Virus record (IMG/VR): IMGVR_UViG_3300028045_000001
Coordinates: 1-64,000 of that record
Length of the DNA: 64,000 nt
Reading direction: 5' to 3' (one strand)
From: a virus
Below the pieces are notes generated by a model. The model searched no databases. It had not been told where the DNA came from and saw only the letters and a program-made list of their open reading frames with translations. This document shows positions 56,064 to 63,990 of the stretch, piece by piece (the first letter of the stretch is position 1; each line of letters begins with the position of its first letter). Both the position numbers and the translations under genes were made by a program.

Positions 56064-56087
56064 TATATATATATATATATATATATA
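56064..56087. repeat. (TA)12 dinucleotide microsatellite
   Basis: Twelve uninterrupted TA units, flanked by the 11-nt direct repeat CTACATATAAT at 56039-56049 and 56096-56106. Confidence 0.95.
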
Positions 56088-56125
56088 TGTTACTTCTACA
56101 TATAATTTTACACTGCCTATATTTT

Positions 56126-56590
56126 TTATAGGCACCTATTATACGCTGCTGTACATAAACTATCTACTACTATGTTGCCTCGATTGCTGGCATGTCCTTG
56201 TACCCACACCATACGTAGACTGTGTGGGGCGATAACGTCTAAGAACATCGTCCAAAGATCTATATTCTTAGCGAGCCTTCCAGAGGAAGTCACCCACCCA
56301 TTACCCGACCAATTATATACCCAGCCCTTATTATAACTATCCACAACATACCTACTATCACTGTACACTGTAACCCTACAAGGAACAGTCAGGGCCCGTA
56401 TAGCATTTATAACCCCGCTAAGTTCCATACGATTGCTGGTAGTGTCCTCGACGGCTTCGCACATAATCATGTACCTATTGTCATCGCTTATAAGCAAGGC
56501 AGCGTTAGTGCCGTACTCTTTACTACCCCCACCATCGGTATATATGCTGACATCTTGTGTTTTGTCCATACGAATCAATTTCCTATACAT
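56126..56590 (-). CDS. rnhA: ribonuclease HI
   Basis: The D-E-D-D catalytic set sits in canonical context: IYTDGG, TSNRMELSGVINAL-like, VYSDSRYV, GHASNRGNIVVDSL. Alternative start at the Met 7 codons downstream (56569). Confidence 0.85.
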   Translation of the reverse strand: MYRKLIRMDKTQDVSIYTDGGGSKEYGTNAALLISDDNRYMIMCEAVEDTTSNRMELSGVINAIRALTVPCRVTVYSDSRYVVDSYNKGWVYNWSGNGWVTSSGRLAKNIDLWTMFLDVIAPHSLRMVWVQGHASNRGNIVVDSLCTAAYNRCL

Positions 56591-56803
56591 CTATGAGTAC
56601 TAAAGGCATGGATCCAGGAGCGTACATAGGGGAATGGCAAGTATCCTATGTCGCCCCGAACCCAGCGTTGCGAGAGAAAAGAGGTCACCAGCAAGCGACT
56701 TAATTGGCACAGATTAAGTTAGAACCAGGAGGTGACGTTGTCTGTATAAGATATACTGCATGCATTTTTTATTATAACCTATACATCCAAGGAGTTAACA
56801 TCT

Positions 56804-57256
56804 ATGTACAACCTAATAGTGACCGACATGTTCTCAGTCAGCAGCGTACCAAACACCTCCCTGTACCGTAGGGTCACACTAAGTAACATGGCACAGACCA
56901 TAGCCGAGATAGAGGCCTGCGACAACATATATCCAGTGTACAAGTATGTAATGTTTAACAGCATGCTGACGCTGATGCCATCCAAAGGCACCAGGCAGTT
57001 AATAGCGGCCATAAATAAAAAAAACAAACTGCGTCCAGATAATCTGGTAGCGCTGAGGGATGACACCCTTCAGTTCAATGCAGGCGAAATCCACAATGTG
57101 CTACACCTATATTTCAATGATAATTTAGAGATAGCCTGCGATCGTATCAGGATACTCCCCCATCGCAGGATAGCCAAGGAGCAGGCGGGGAATGGCAACA
57201 TCTATCCGATGCTACACGCAAAGATGGATGAGTACCCACAAGAAGCAACCCAATAG
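56804..57256 (+). CDS. hypothetical protein (150 aa)
   Basis: AAGGAG lies 9 nt upstream. Divergent from rnhA. No motif recognised. Confidence 0.55.
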   Translation: MYNLIVTDMFSVSSVPNTSLYRRVTLSNMAQTIAEIEACDNIYPVYKYVMFNSMLTLMPSKGTRQLIAAINKKNKLRPDNLVALRDDTLQFNAGEIHNVLHLYFNDNLEIACDRIRILPHRRIAKEQAGNGNIYPMLHAKMDEYPQEATQ

Positions 57257-57493
57257 ATTTTTCAAAAATTATTTGAGAATTGTGTCTCCCTGCGGTCTGC
57301 CAGGGTGTAGATAATTTTCTTTATCTGAGCATTATTACACTGTATAGTAAAACTCTCTTCGAGAGTTAGACATGTTTATACGATCATACTTTTATATAAA
57401 AAAATATGCACGATAGGCACGTTAATTCTTACGGGTCAGCAGCGAGCTGGTCGGGCCTAACCGATGCGGGTGTGCGTATCAGTTTTTTTCACT

Positions 57494-57503
57494 TATATAT
57501 TAC
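57494..57503 (+). promoter_or_regulatory. early-promoter-like motif TATATATTAC
   Basis: Exact motif after CAGTTTTTTTCAC. Unusually, it lies 264 nt upstream of the next ATG (57758). Confidence 0.5.
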
Positions 57504-57504
57504 T

Positions 57505-57715
57505 ATAATAAGAACGGAAATGGTGCTGTTCTTTTTTTCACCATAGGGGGGAGTAACGCCGACGTGTTACTGCACGAATGCGCGCTCCTGAATCGAGTGC
57601 GAATCAACTAACCCACAAGTTGCTGAGTATAGCTCGTAGGCCCGGTCCACTATAACGTAAATGTGGATCGGGTCGATTCAGCGGTGCTGCGGGGGAGTAT
57701 TGTTTTTTTTTTCGT
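57505..57715 (+). ncRNA. candidate early-promoter-driven structured RNA / long leader ending in T10
   Basis: Nested helices CTGAATCGA (57588-57596)/TCGATTCAG (57673-57681) and CCCGGTCCAC (57641-57650)/GTGGATCGGG (57663-57672). The second contains a G-U pair that is only valid on the plus strand. A T10 run lies at 57703-57712. No ORF. Confidence 0.4.
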
Positions 57716-57757
57716 GTCCCTGGCCGCACAAGTTAACAATTCTTATAGGAGAGCGAG

Positions 57758-58855
57758 ATGATTGGATTAGAGGATACATCACTGATAGATGTGGAGAGGG
57801 AACTAGAGAACTTACGGAATGCTTCGACTACGGTCAGTGACTTAACTCATACTGATGCTAACGAGGGTAGCCCGACTGGTGAGTCAGAGGATGTGGGCAT
57901 TCACGATGAGAGGAGTACTGGGGCTGTGCTGCTTGACGCCTACGCTGTGCTGCAGGAGTACTTGGAGTCGACTGGCATCGTTATCGCTATTCCACGTGAA
58001 ACTCTGTACAGTAACTTTATGACGCTCCGGGTGATACTGTGGCTTAGGAGGGTGTTCGATCGTGAGTTTCTGTTAGGGATCTTGCGATCGAACTCGGAAG
58101 TTCGGGAACTCTTAGAGTCGAGCATCATTGCCAGTGAGGACGAGGAGGTGGACGATGTGGAGGATGAGACAGACAGTGGGGAAGCTTACTCAGATCTTAT
58201 CTCAACTCTTATAGGGACACTCTACGATAACTACCCACTAAACTCAGACTTAAAGCAACTTATGGCACATGCCGATGAGATCGTCAACACTCCAGATTTT
58301 TTAGCTTATGTAGCGCATCTGTTAGAGGTTATAGTGGGAGAAGCTACTGCACCAGTTATCAACGACAGCAACATGGAGGAGTTTACCGAATACTTATCCG
58401 GGTTCAGTTCTAACCTTGACAGGCTGGGCGAGTTTATGGATAGCTACAGTAAGGAGTTTAAACGTAGGGACTGGAACATGGTACTTGGTCTGCTCCGTAA
58501 CTACCACCATGAAAAATACAACGGACCGCAGGCTGTTGCATTTATGTTCACATACAACAACGACGTAAATAAGTTCTATCATCCGCGAGCTCTTTTTCCT
58601 GCTGAGGAGGAGCACCGGCAGCATAGCAAGCACCACATAGAGTATTGGTTGAATAGTCCGGATAAAGAAATTCCAGAGCATGTCTTCGTTATGCTTGTGT
58701 TCGCCATAATGGACGATGTCCAGTTCGATCAAAGACTTGCTGCGGAAACCTTCAGTGGCATTGCAAGCAAGTATACTTTTCATGACGGATACATCGATGT
58801 GGCTTGGACCATACTTAACTACGAGTACACCAATCATATGGGGGACGCATCATAA
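57758..58855 (+). CDS. hypothetical acidic protein (365 aa), translationally coupled to the RNAP beta-prime-like gene
   Basis: AGGAGAG RBS. TAATG stop/start overlap with the next ORF. Confidence 0.6.
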   Translation: MIGLEDTSLIDVERELENLRNASTTVSDLTHTDANEGSPTGESEDVGIHDERSTGAVLLDAYAVLQEYLESTGIVIAIPRETLYSNFMTLRVILWLRRVFDREFLLGILRSNSEVRELLESSIIASEDEEVDDVEDETDSGEAYSDLISTLIGTLYDNYPLNSDLKQLMAHADEIVNTPDFLAYVAHLLEVIVGEATAPVINDSNMEEFTEYLSGFSSNLDRLGEFMDSYSKEFKRRDWNMVLGLLRNYHHEKYNGPQAVAFMFTYNNDVNKFYHPRALFPAEEEHRQHSKHHIEYWLNSPDKEIPEHVFVMLVFAIMDDVQFDQRLAAETFSGIASKYTFHDGYIDVAWTILNYEYTNHMGDAS

Positions 58856-60078
58856 TGTTAACTAAGGAGCAGACCAACTATCTAATTAAAAATATCGAAC
58901 GGATGCCACTCAGAAGGTTTTTAATAGACACCTTTACCCCAAGAATACCGGGAGTAGATGATGATGTTTTTAAGATACCGCTGAGAGAAGAATTCATACT
59001 AACTAACGATATGATAATAAACTACAACGGCCCTCCTGTAAAAACAACGGTTCCTATCTTTATAGTAAATGTTATTATATTGGCTGTGCCTCTCAGATCC
59101 AGGGTTGATTATATCAATATGCCCTTCACGAACGCTGTCATAGATAAGATGCAGGACCGCATCATAGACCTTCTTATAGAAAGCTCTAATAATCCTGACA
59201 TAGATCCAGAGTTAAAGATGGACGTTAAAATGTTTTATCATCACTACGATAGCTTAGCGTATATAGGGCATTTTTCAGAGTTAGCTACGTCTGCATATAG
59301 TAAAAAATCTTTAACTACATCTCCTGCTGTGATAGCCAGAGCAAAAGAACTGTATGAGAAACATAAGCATGAGTTAGATGATCCGCGAGTTGTTGTGGCC
59401 ATAGAAGATGAATTGATATCTATGGATAAAGATTGGTTAAAGGGGGATGTAGGATCGGTGTTCTTTGAGTCACTGGGTGCCAAGGGGTACGATATCCATA
59501 GGAAATCATTATTTATAACACAGGGAGCCATACTTAAGTTTGACAAGCAAGGAACGGAGACCTCTGTAGTAAAGCCCCCACTTCATGACGGCTGGGATAA
59601 AAAGGATTTTGTATCTATAGTCAATAATATTAGAAGAGGGTCGTATGGTCGAGCTAACTCGACACAGCAAGGTGGGTATCTGACCAAGATCATGTATCGA
59701 GTATACTCTTCTGTGAAAATAAATATAGAAGATTGTGGTACTAAGAAGGGGATCAAGTTAGTACTGACAGAGCCAGATAAATACATTGGGAGGTTCATAA
59801 CTAAGAATGGAAAAACGATACCATTGACAAGCGATAATGTGGGATCATACGTAGGTAAGGAAATAACAGTAAGGGATCCATTTTATTGTGAGGCCGACCC
59901 TGGGTTCTGTTTTCATTGCATGACTGACGTGGCAAAGGCGATAGGTGCAGATGTCATAGTGAGTCAAGTGAGTGGGATCGGCTCCACTATATTACAAACA
60001 TCTATGAAGGCCATGCATGGGGTCAAACAAAAAGTTTTAACGATCGACTACAAGGATTACTTTATCGATATAGAGTAG
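58855..60078 (+). CDS. multisubunit RNA polymerase beta-prime-like fragment (bridge-helix region)
   Basis: IRRGSYGRANSTQQGGYLTKIMYRV followed by NIEDCGTKKGI aligns with the bacterial beta-prime [26 protein letters not shown] ... EDCGT..G. No NADFDGD motif, so this is only part of beta-prime. Confidence 0.65.
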   Translation: MLTKEQTNYLIKNIERMPLRRFLIDTFTPRIPGVDDDVFKIPLREEFILTNDMIINYNGPPVKTTVPIFIVNVIILAVPLRSRVDYINMPFTNAVIDKMQDRIIDLLIESSNNPDIDPELKMDVKMFYHHYDSLAYIGHFSELATSAYSKKSLTTSPAVIARAKELYEKHKHELDDPRVVVAIEDELISMDKDWLKGDVGSVFFESLGAKGYDIHRKSLFITQGAILKFDKQGTETSVVKPPLHDGWDKKDFVSIVNNIRRGSYGRANSTQQGGYLTKIMYRVYSSVKINIEDCGTKKGIKLVLTEPDKYIGRFITKNGKTIPLTSDNVGSYVGKEITVRDPFYCEADPGFCFHCMTDVAKAIGADVIVSQVSGIGSTILQTSMKAMHGVKQKVLTIDYKDYFIDIE

Positions 60079-60181
60079 CGGGTATGTGACCCTTATAATT
60101 TTATAAACTTATTATATAAATGGCCATATTCGTGATTCGCTTTACATAACAAAGAATGATACATTTAAAGGAGACAATACC

Positions 60182-60889
60182 ATGACGGGTACATCTACAA
60201 AAAAAATAACTCCGACTGTACAGGCTACGACTGGAGTACCGGCAGCAGGCGAGAACAAGGAAGGAGACAAGGGCAGGGAGAAATCGAGTGTCGGTACCCC
60301 TACTTTTGAAACTACAAAAAAGGGGGAGGATGCACTAAAGGATCTACCGCATATGTCCCAATTGATTCCTCCAAAGAATCCTATCAGTAACATACCGCCA
60401 ACTCCGAGGTCTACGCCACCGGTGCATCCCAATACCGGAGCAACAAAGTCTCCGGTCAAAAGTAAGGAGTATGTGGCATACAAAAGATGCATAGAGCAAA
60501 TAACAATTGCATTTGACGCGAAGAAAAAAGCGATCCCAAGTACAAGACGAACGATCCTAAGTAACTGGGCTACAGAATTGAACAAGCTCGTGACAATTTT
60601 AACAACCACCTCAGATACAAAAGTACTCGAGGCGTTCTTGGAATTTGTCGATGCTAACCGACGCCCTGGAAAATGCCTTCATAGCGATGAAGTGTTCTCA
60701 TATGTTTCCAGACAGTTCCCAGCAACTCAGGTTGACAAGATTGCTGTCACCATCACATCCTTTGTGGCACTCGCAGAATTCTACGAGAAAAAGGCAATCA
60801 ATAAGGCTGCAGTCTTCCGTATCGATACTGAACGCATTGCCGCAATAACTGGTTCGGAGACAATCGCTGGATACTTGACGACCGATTAA
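60182..60889 (+). CDS. hypothetical protein with a Pro/Thr-rich disordered N-terminal half
   Basis: AAGGAG RBS. Preferred over the antisense ORF 60142..60609. Confidence 0.55.
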   Translation: MTGTSTKKITPTVQATTGVPAAGENKEGDKGREKSSVGTPTFETTKKGEDALKDLPHMSQLIPPKNPISNIPPTPRSTPPVHPNTGATKSPVKSKEYVAYKRCIEQITIAFDAKKKAIPSTRRTILSNWATELNKLVTILTTTSDTKVLEAFLEFVDANRRPGKCLHSDEVFSYVSRQFPATQVDKIAVTITSFVALAEFYEKKAINKAAVFRIDTERIAAITGSETIAGYLTTD

Positions 60890-60915
60890 CCCTTCTCATA
60901 TCGTGAGGTGAGTCT

Positions 60916-61365
60916 ATGCAAGAGGTAGAGCAACTTAAAAAGACAGTGCCTTACTTTATGGATAAGGCAGACAACACTATCGACAAAACTACTGTCATCA
61001 GAGATAAGATGATAGAGTCTATGTCAGATGTTGTGTTAAACATGAAATGGGATCCAGATGCCGATTCTGTTGGAAAGACAGAAGTTAAAGTCGGAATGAT
61101 GAATTCTCTTGATTCATTATTAAAGAACCAAGAGAAGGTCAGACTTAATAGAGCTAAATTATCTCTTCAGGATAAGACCAATGAATTTTTACAAGATGTA
61201 AGTAGAGACCTAACGGCCATCCTTCCTAAAATTAACCTGCAATCACTACTCGATAGCAGGGACAGTCTGACAGGTGACGAGATGGATACGGTGATTGAAC
61301 AAGCGTTCAAAGAATCCGGATTAACCATCAAGTCAGCTGAGTTGGAGGATGATCCAACAAAGTAA
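60916..61365 (+). CDS. hypothetical protein (149 aa)
   Basis: GAGGTG RBS. Confidence 0.55.
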   Translation: MQEVEQLKKTVPYFMDKADNTIDKTTVIRDKMIESMSDVVLNMKWDPDADSVGKTEVKVGMMNSLDSLLKNQEKVRLNRAKLSLQDKTNEFLQDVSRDLTAILPKINLQSLLDSRDSLTGDEMDTVIEQAFKESGLTIKSAELEDDPTK

Positions 61366-61529
61366 AACGGGACATGTTAAGGCGAGCTCCTCCCGTCTGG
61401 GAAGAGCTTGTTTAAGCATGCCTCCAATCATTAAAAAGTATTTATTATAATAGCCACCGATTCTCTTGTAAAAATTCTATAGATGCGATAGAATGAATTA
61501 ATAATGGTTTAAGGTAGAATAGGTGAATA

Positions 61530-62057
61530 ATGAGTCATTCCAAGGACGATGTGCCGAAGAATGGTACAGAATCATCTGCCATACTTTCTTTAAGGGGGGC
61601 GGTTAGGCAGAAATTAAATTATTTTAAAGGTCTAAGTAATATAATAAAGACGATCGACGACTCAATAGAAGATTTAAATGTTACAGAAGTCACAACTACA
61701 ATGGAGGGCATGTATCAAGAAGTCGTGTATGAGAAAATGAGGTTTTTTTCTGATGTGACAAATGTACAGAGAGCAATAGAAGTGAAAAATATCGAATTGT
61801 CTGTAATCGCAAAGATTAAACAAGCTGAAAGTAGGTGTAAGAGATTACTTATGCTGGTTGAAAAATTACTTGCCTACATAGGAAAAACTACCTCTAAGAT
61901 TAAGAAAGCGAATAATATTAATGGGAAGTCGTATATGGGTACGGTCACTTTAATTGACCGTACAAATGAACTGAGTCTAAAAATAGATATACTGTTAAAT
62001 GACATTACTGCAGTATTCGAAAGACTCATCGGCGTATTGCACGCAGACAACATTTAA
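61530..62057 (+). CDS. hypothetical protein (175 aa)
   Basis: AGGTG RBS. Predicted helical. Confidence 0.55.
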   Translation: MSHSKDDVPKNGTESSAILSLRGAVRQKLNYFKGLSNIIKTIDDSIEDLNVTEVTTTMEGMYQEVVYEKMRFFSDVTNVQRAIEVKNIELSVIAKIKQAESRCKRLLMLVEKLLAYIGKTTSKIKKANNINGKSYMGTVTLIDRTNELSLKIDILLNDITAVFERLIGVLHADNI

Positions 62058-62081
62058 ATGTTGTGCTATTAAACTTACCTA

Positions 62082-62113
62082 CTGACACGAGTCTCATATG
62101 AGACTCGTGTCAG
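62082..62113 (+). terminator. hairpin terminator
   Basis: 13-bp stem CTGACACGAGTCT/AGACTCGTGTCAG with a 6-nt loop. Confidence 0.65.
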
Positions 62114-62135
62114 TGCAGGTCATCATCATTTCATT

Positions 62136-62145
62136 TATATATTAC
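62136..62145 (+). promoter_or_regulatory. early-promoter-like motif TATATATTAC
   Basis: Exact motif, 59 nt before the ATG at 62195. Confidence 0.55.
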
Positions 62146-62194
62146 TATTATGTATATACGTCACTTATATTAATTTTAACATAAGGAGAAAATT

Positions 62195-62548
62195 ATGGAT
62201 AAACTTGCAAAAGCTATCGTAGAAAGCACTAACGAACTATTTGGTCCAATGGCCGCTTTAGATAGAATGATGATGCTGGAGATAGCCACTTTAGAGACGA
62301 TAAAGGACACTCACATTAAGGGGGGCAGAGGATATGCGGGCGTAATTATGCCTACAAATGAATTCGGCGAGACAGCAGATATCATACTCGACCGCTCGGA
62401 CGCGCTTCTAAATAGTGAATATTGTCTTAAACTAAGTAGATTAAAACAAAAAGCTGTGTTGGATTTTTTGCCAAAGATACAAGCTTTTCTTGATGAGGCT
62501 GCGACACTATCTGATGAGGTAGAGAATCTTTTAAACAAGTTTAAATAA
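62195..62548 (+). CDS. hypothetical protein (117 aa)
   Basis: AAGGAG RBS. Confidence 0.55.
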   Translation: MDKLAKAIVESTNELFGPMAALDRMMMLEIATLETIKDTHIKGGRGYAGVIMPTNEFGETADIILDRSDALLNSEYCLKLSRLKQKAVLDFLPKIQAFLDEAATLSDEVENLLNKFK

Positions 62549-62578
62549 AGGGTGCGAATAGATCACAAGGAATGAGTA

Positions 62579-62836
62579 ATGGGAATCGTAAAGGAAAGTA
62601 AAGCACTTCTATTTAAGTTAGATGATAATGCGATAAAGATCAGAGATATATTAATGCGGGTCTGTAAGGATAAAGAACAGTATCCGGACTCTTGTAAGGT
62701 ACAATCCGAACTCGAAGAGATATATAGGCAAATCGCAATAGAGAGAGATGATCTACTGGACTTACAGCGTGAGATATCTGAAAGACTGACTACCTTAGTA
62801 CAGTGGCATAGATATGGATTTTCAAAGTACGAATAA
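62579..62836 (+). CDS. hypothetical protein (85 aa)
   Basis: AAGGAA RBS. Preferred over the antisense ORF 62563..62985. Confidence 0.5.
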   Translation: MGIVKESKALLFKLDDNAIKIRDILMRVCKDKEQYPDSCKVQSELEEIYRQIAIERDDLLDLQREISERLTTLVQWHRYGFSKYE

Positions 62837-62863
62837 AATGAATTAGCTGAGGAGGGAGGTGCC

Positions 62864-63955
62864 ATGAAAACAGACACTAACGCGTTCATAACAAAGTGGG
62901 AAGGCGAACAGATCGAACTGCCGTTAGATCCAGATGGAACATATGACTTCACAGTAGATTGGGGAGATGGTACATCGAACCGCATAACCGAGCATGATCA
63001 AAAAGAAATTATACATGGTTATGAGGATGGCCAGGTAGCGCATGAAGTAGTTATATCGGGAGTTATAGAAGGGTTTGGGTATAGGGGTCTCCATATGCAC
63101 GATTACGAGTTAACTAAAGGCATATTACTCGATGTCCTACAGTGGGGAGATGTTAAGTTACATAATAGAGGGAGTCAGTTTGACCATTGCACAGAACTAA
63201 AAGGCTTCAGCGCTAAGGATGTTCCAGATTTATCTAATGTCACTAATATGGGTGGGATGTTCTATGGAGCTTCATCATTCAACCAAGACATCTCTAACTG
63301 GGACGTAAGTAATGTAACTGATATGATAGGCATGTTCGGTTACGCCACATCATTCAATCAAGACATCTCTAACTGGGATGTGAGTAGCGTAACTGACATG
63401 GGTGCGATGTTCTCTGACACTTTACGCTTCAACCAAGATATCTCCGATTGGGATGTTAGTAACGTTATTGGCATGCACAGTATGTTCCATAACGCTACCT
63501 CCTTCAACCAAAATTTATCTAATTGGGATGTGAGTAATGTGGGTGATATGGGATTTATGTTCTATGGAGCTACATCCTTCGATCAGGACATATCTAACTG
63601 GGATGTGAGTAAGGTTACTTATATGGGATTTATGTTCCATGGAGCTACCTCGTTCAACCAAGATATCTCTAAGTGGAATGTTGGCAATGTCACTAATGTA
63701 GACTGCATGTTTCTCAAAGCTTCATCCTTCAACCAATCCATCTCTAACTGGGATGTGAGTAATGTTACTAGTATGTCGGGTATGTTCGCTAAAGCTTCAT
63801 CCTTCAACCAAGATATCTCCAACTGGGATGTTGGAAATGTTACTAATATGGAGGGCATGTTCGGTGAGGCTTCATCCTTCAACCAAGACATCTCTAAATG
63901 GAACATCAGTGATGCTGCTGCTGACACATGTAATATATATGGCGATAAATCATAA
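62864..63955 (+). CDS. BspA-like / DUF285 repeat protein, copy 3
   Basis: GGAGGGAGG RBS. MKTDTNAFITKWEGEQIELPL...VDWGDG, plus about 9 repeats of 25 residues. Confidence 0.8.
   Translation: MKTDTNAFITKWEGEQIELPLDPDGTYDFTVDWGDGTSNRITEHDQKEIIHGYEDGQVAHEVVISGVIEGFGYRGLHMHDYELTKGILLDVLQWGDVKLHNRGSQFDHCTELKGFSAKDVPDLSNVTNMGGMFYGASSFNQDISNWDVSNVTDMIGMFGYATSFNQDISNWDVSSVTDMGAMFSDTLRFNQDISDWDVSNVIGMHSMFHNATSFNQNLSNWDVSNVGDMGFMFYGATSFDQDISNWDVSKVTYMGFMFHGATSFNQDISKWNVGNVTNVDCMFLKASSFNQSISNWDVSNVTSMSGMFAKASSFNQDISNWDVGNVTNMEGMFGEASSFNQDISKWNISDAAADTCNIYGDKS
63230..63915 (+). repeat. tandem ~75-bp coding repeats (DUF285 units)
   Basis: Same periodic unit as in the other two copies. Boundaries are approximate. 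Confidence 0.75.
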
Positions 63956-63958
63956 CAT

Positions 63959-63990
63959 CATAGAGACGGCATTAGACTGCCGTCTCTATG
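63959..63990 (+). terminator. hairpin terminator
   Basis: 12-bp stem CATAGAGACGGC/GCCGTCTCTATG with an 8-nt loop, directly after the stop codon. Confidence 0.65.

Noticed and set aside
56039-56106. Host sigma70 promoter with a phase-variable spacer (two TATAAT boxes around the TA tract).
   Set aside because: No convincing -35 element lies at the proper distance. The rest of the window uses a different promoter grammar. I kept the tract as a microsatellite observation only.
56126-57256. Retron or other reverse-transcriptase system (RNase H next to structured non-coding DNA).
   Set aside because: No ORF in or near the region has RT motifs (YxDD). The RNase H is a stand-alone type I enzyme. 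I kept only the weaker hypothesis of a functional RNA-nuclease association.
60142-60609. 155-aa minus-strand ORF antisense to 60182..60889. Likewise 48123..48632 (+), 62563..62985 (-), 52831..53169 (-) and 990..1403 (-).
   Set aside because: All are embedded antisense to genes with good RBSs and operon context. They are hydrophobic or low-complexity shadow ORFs.
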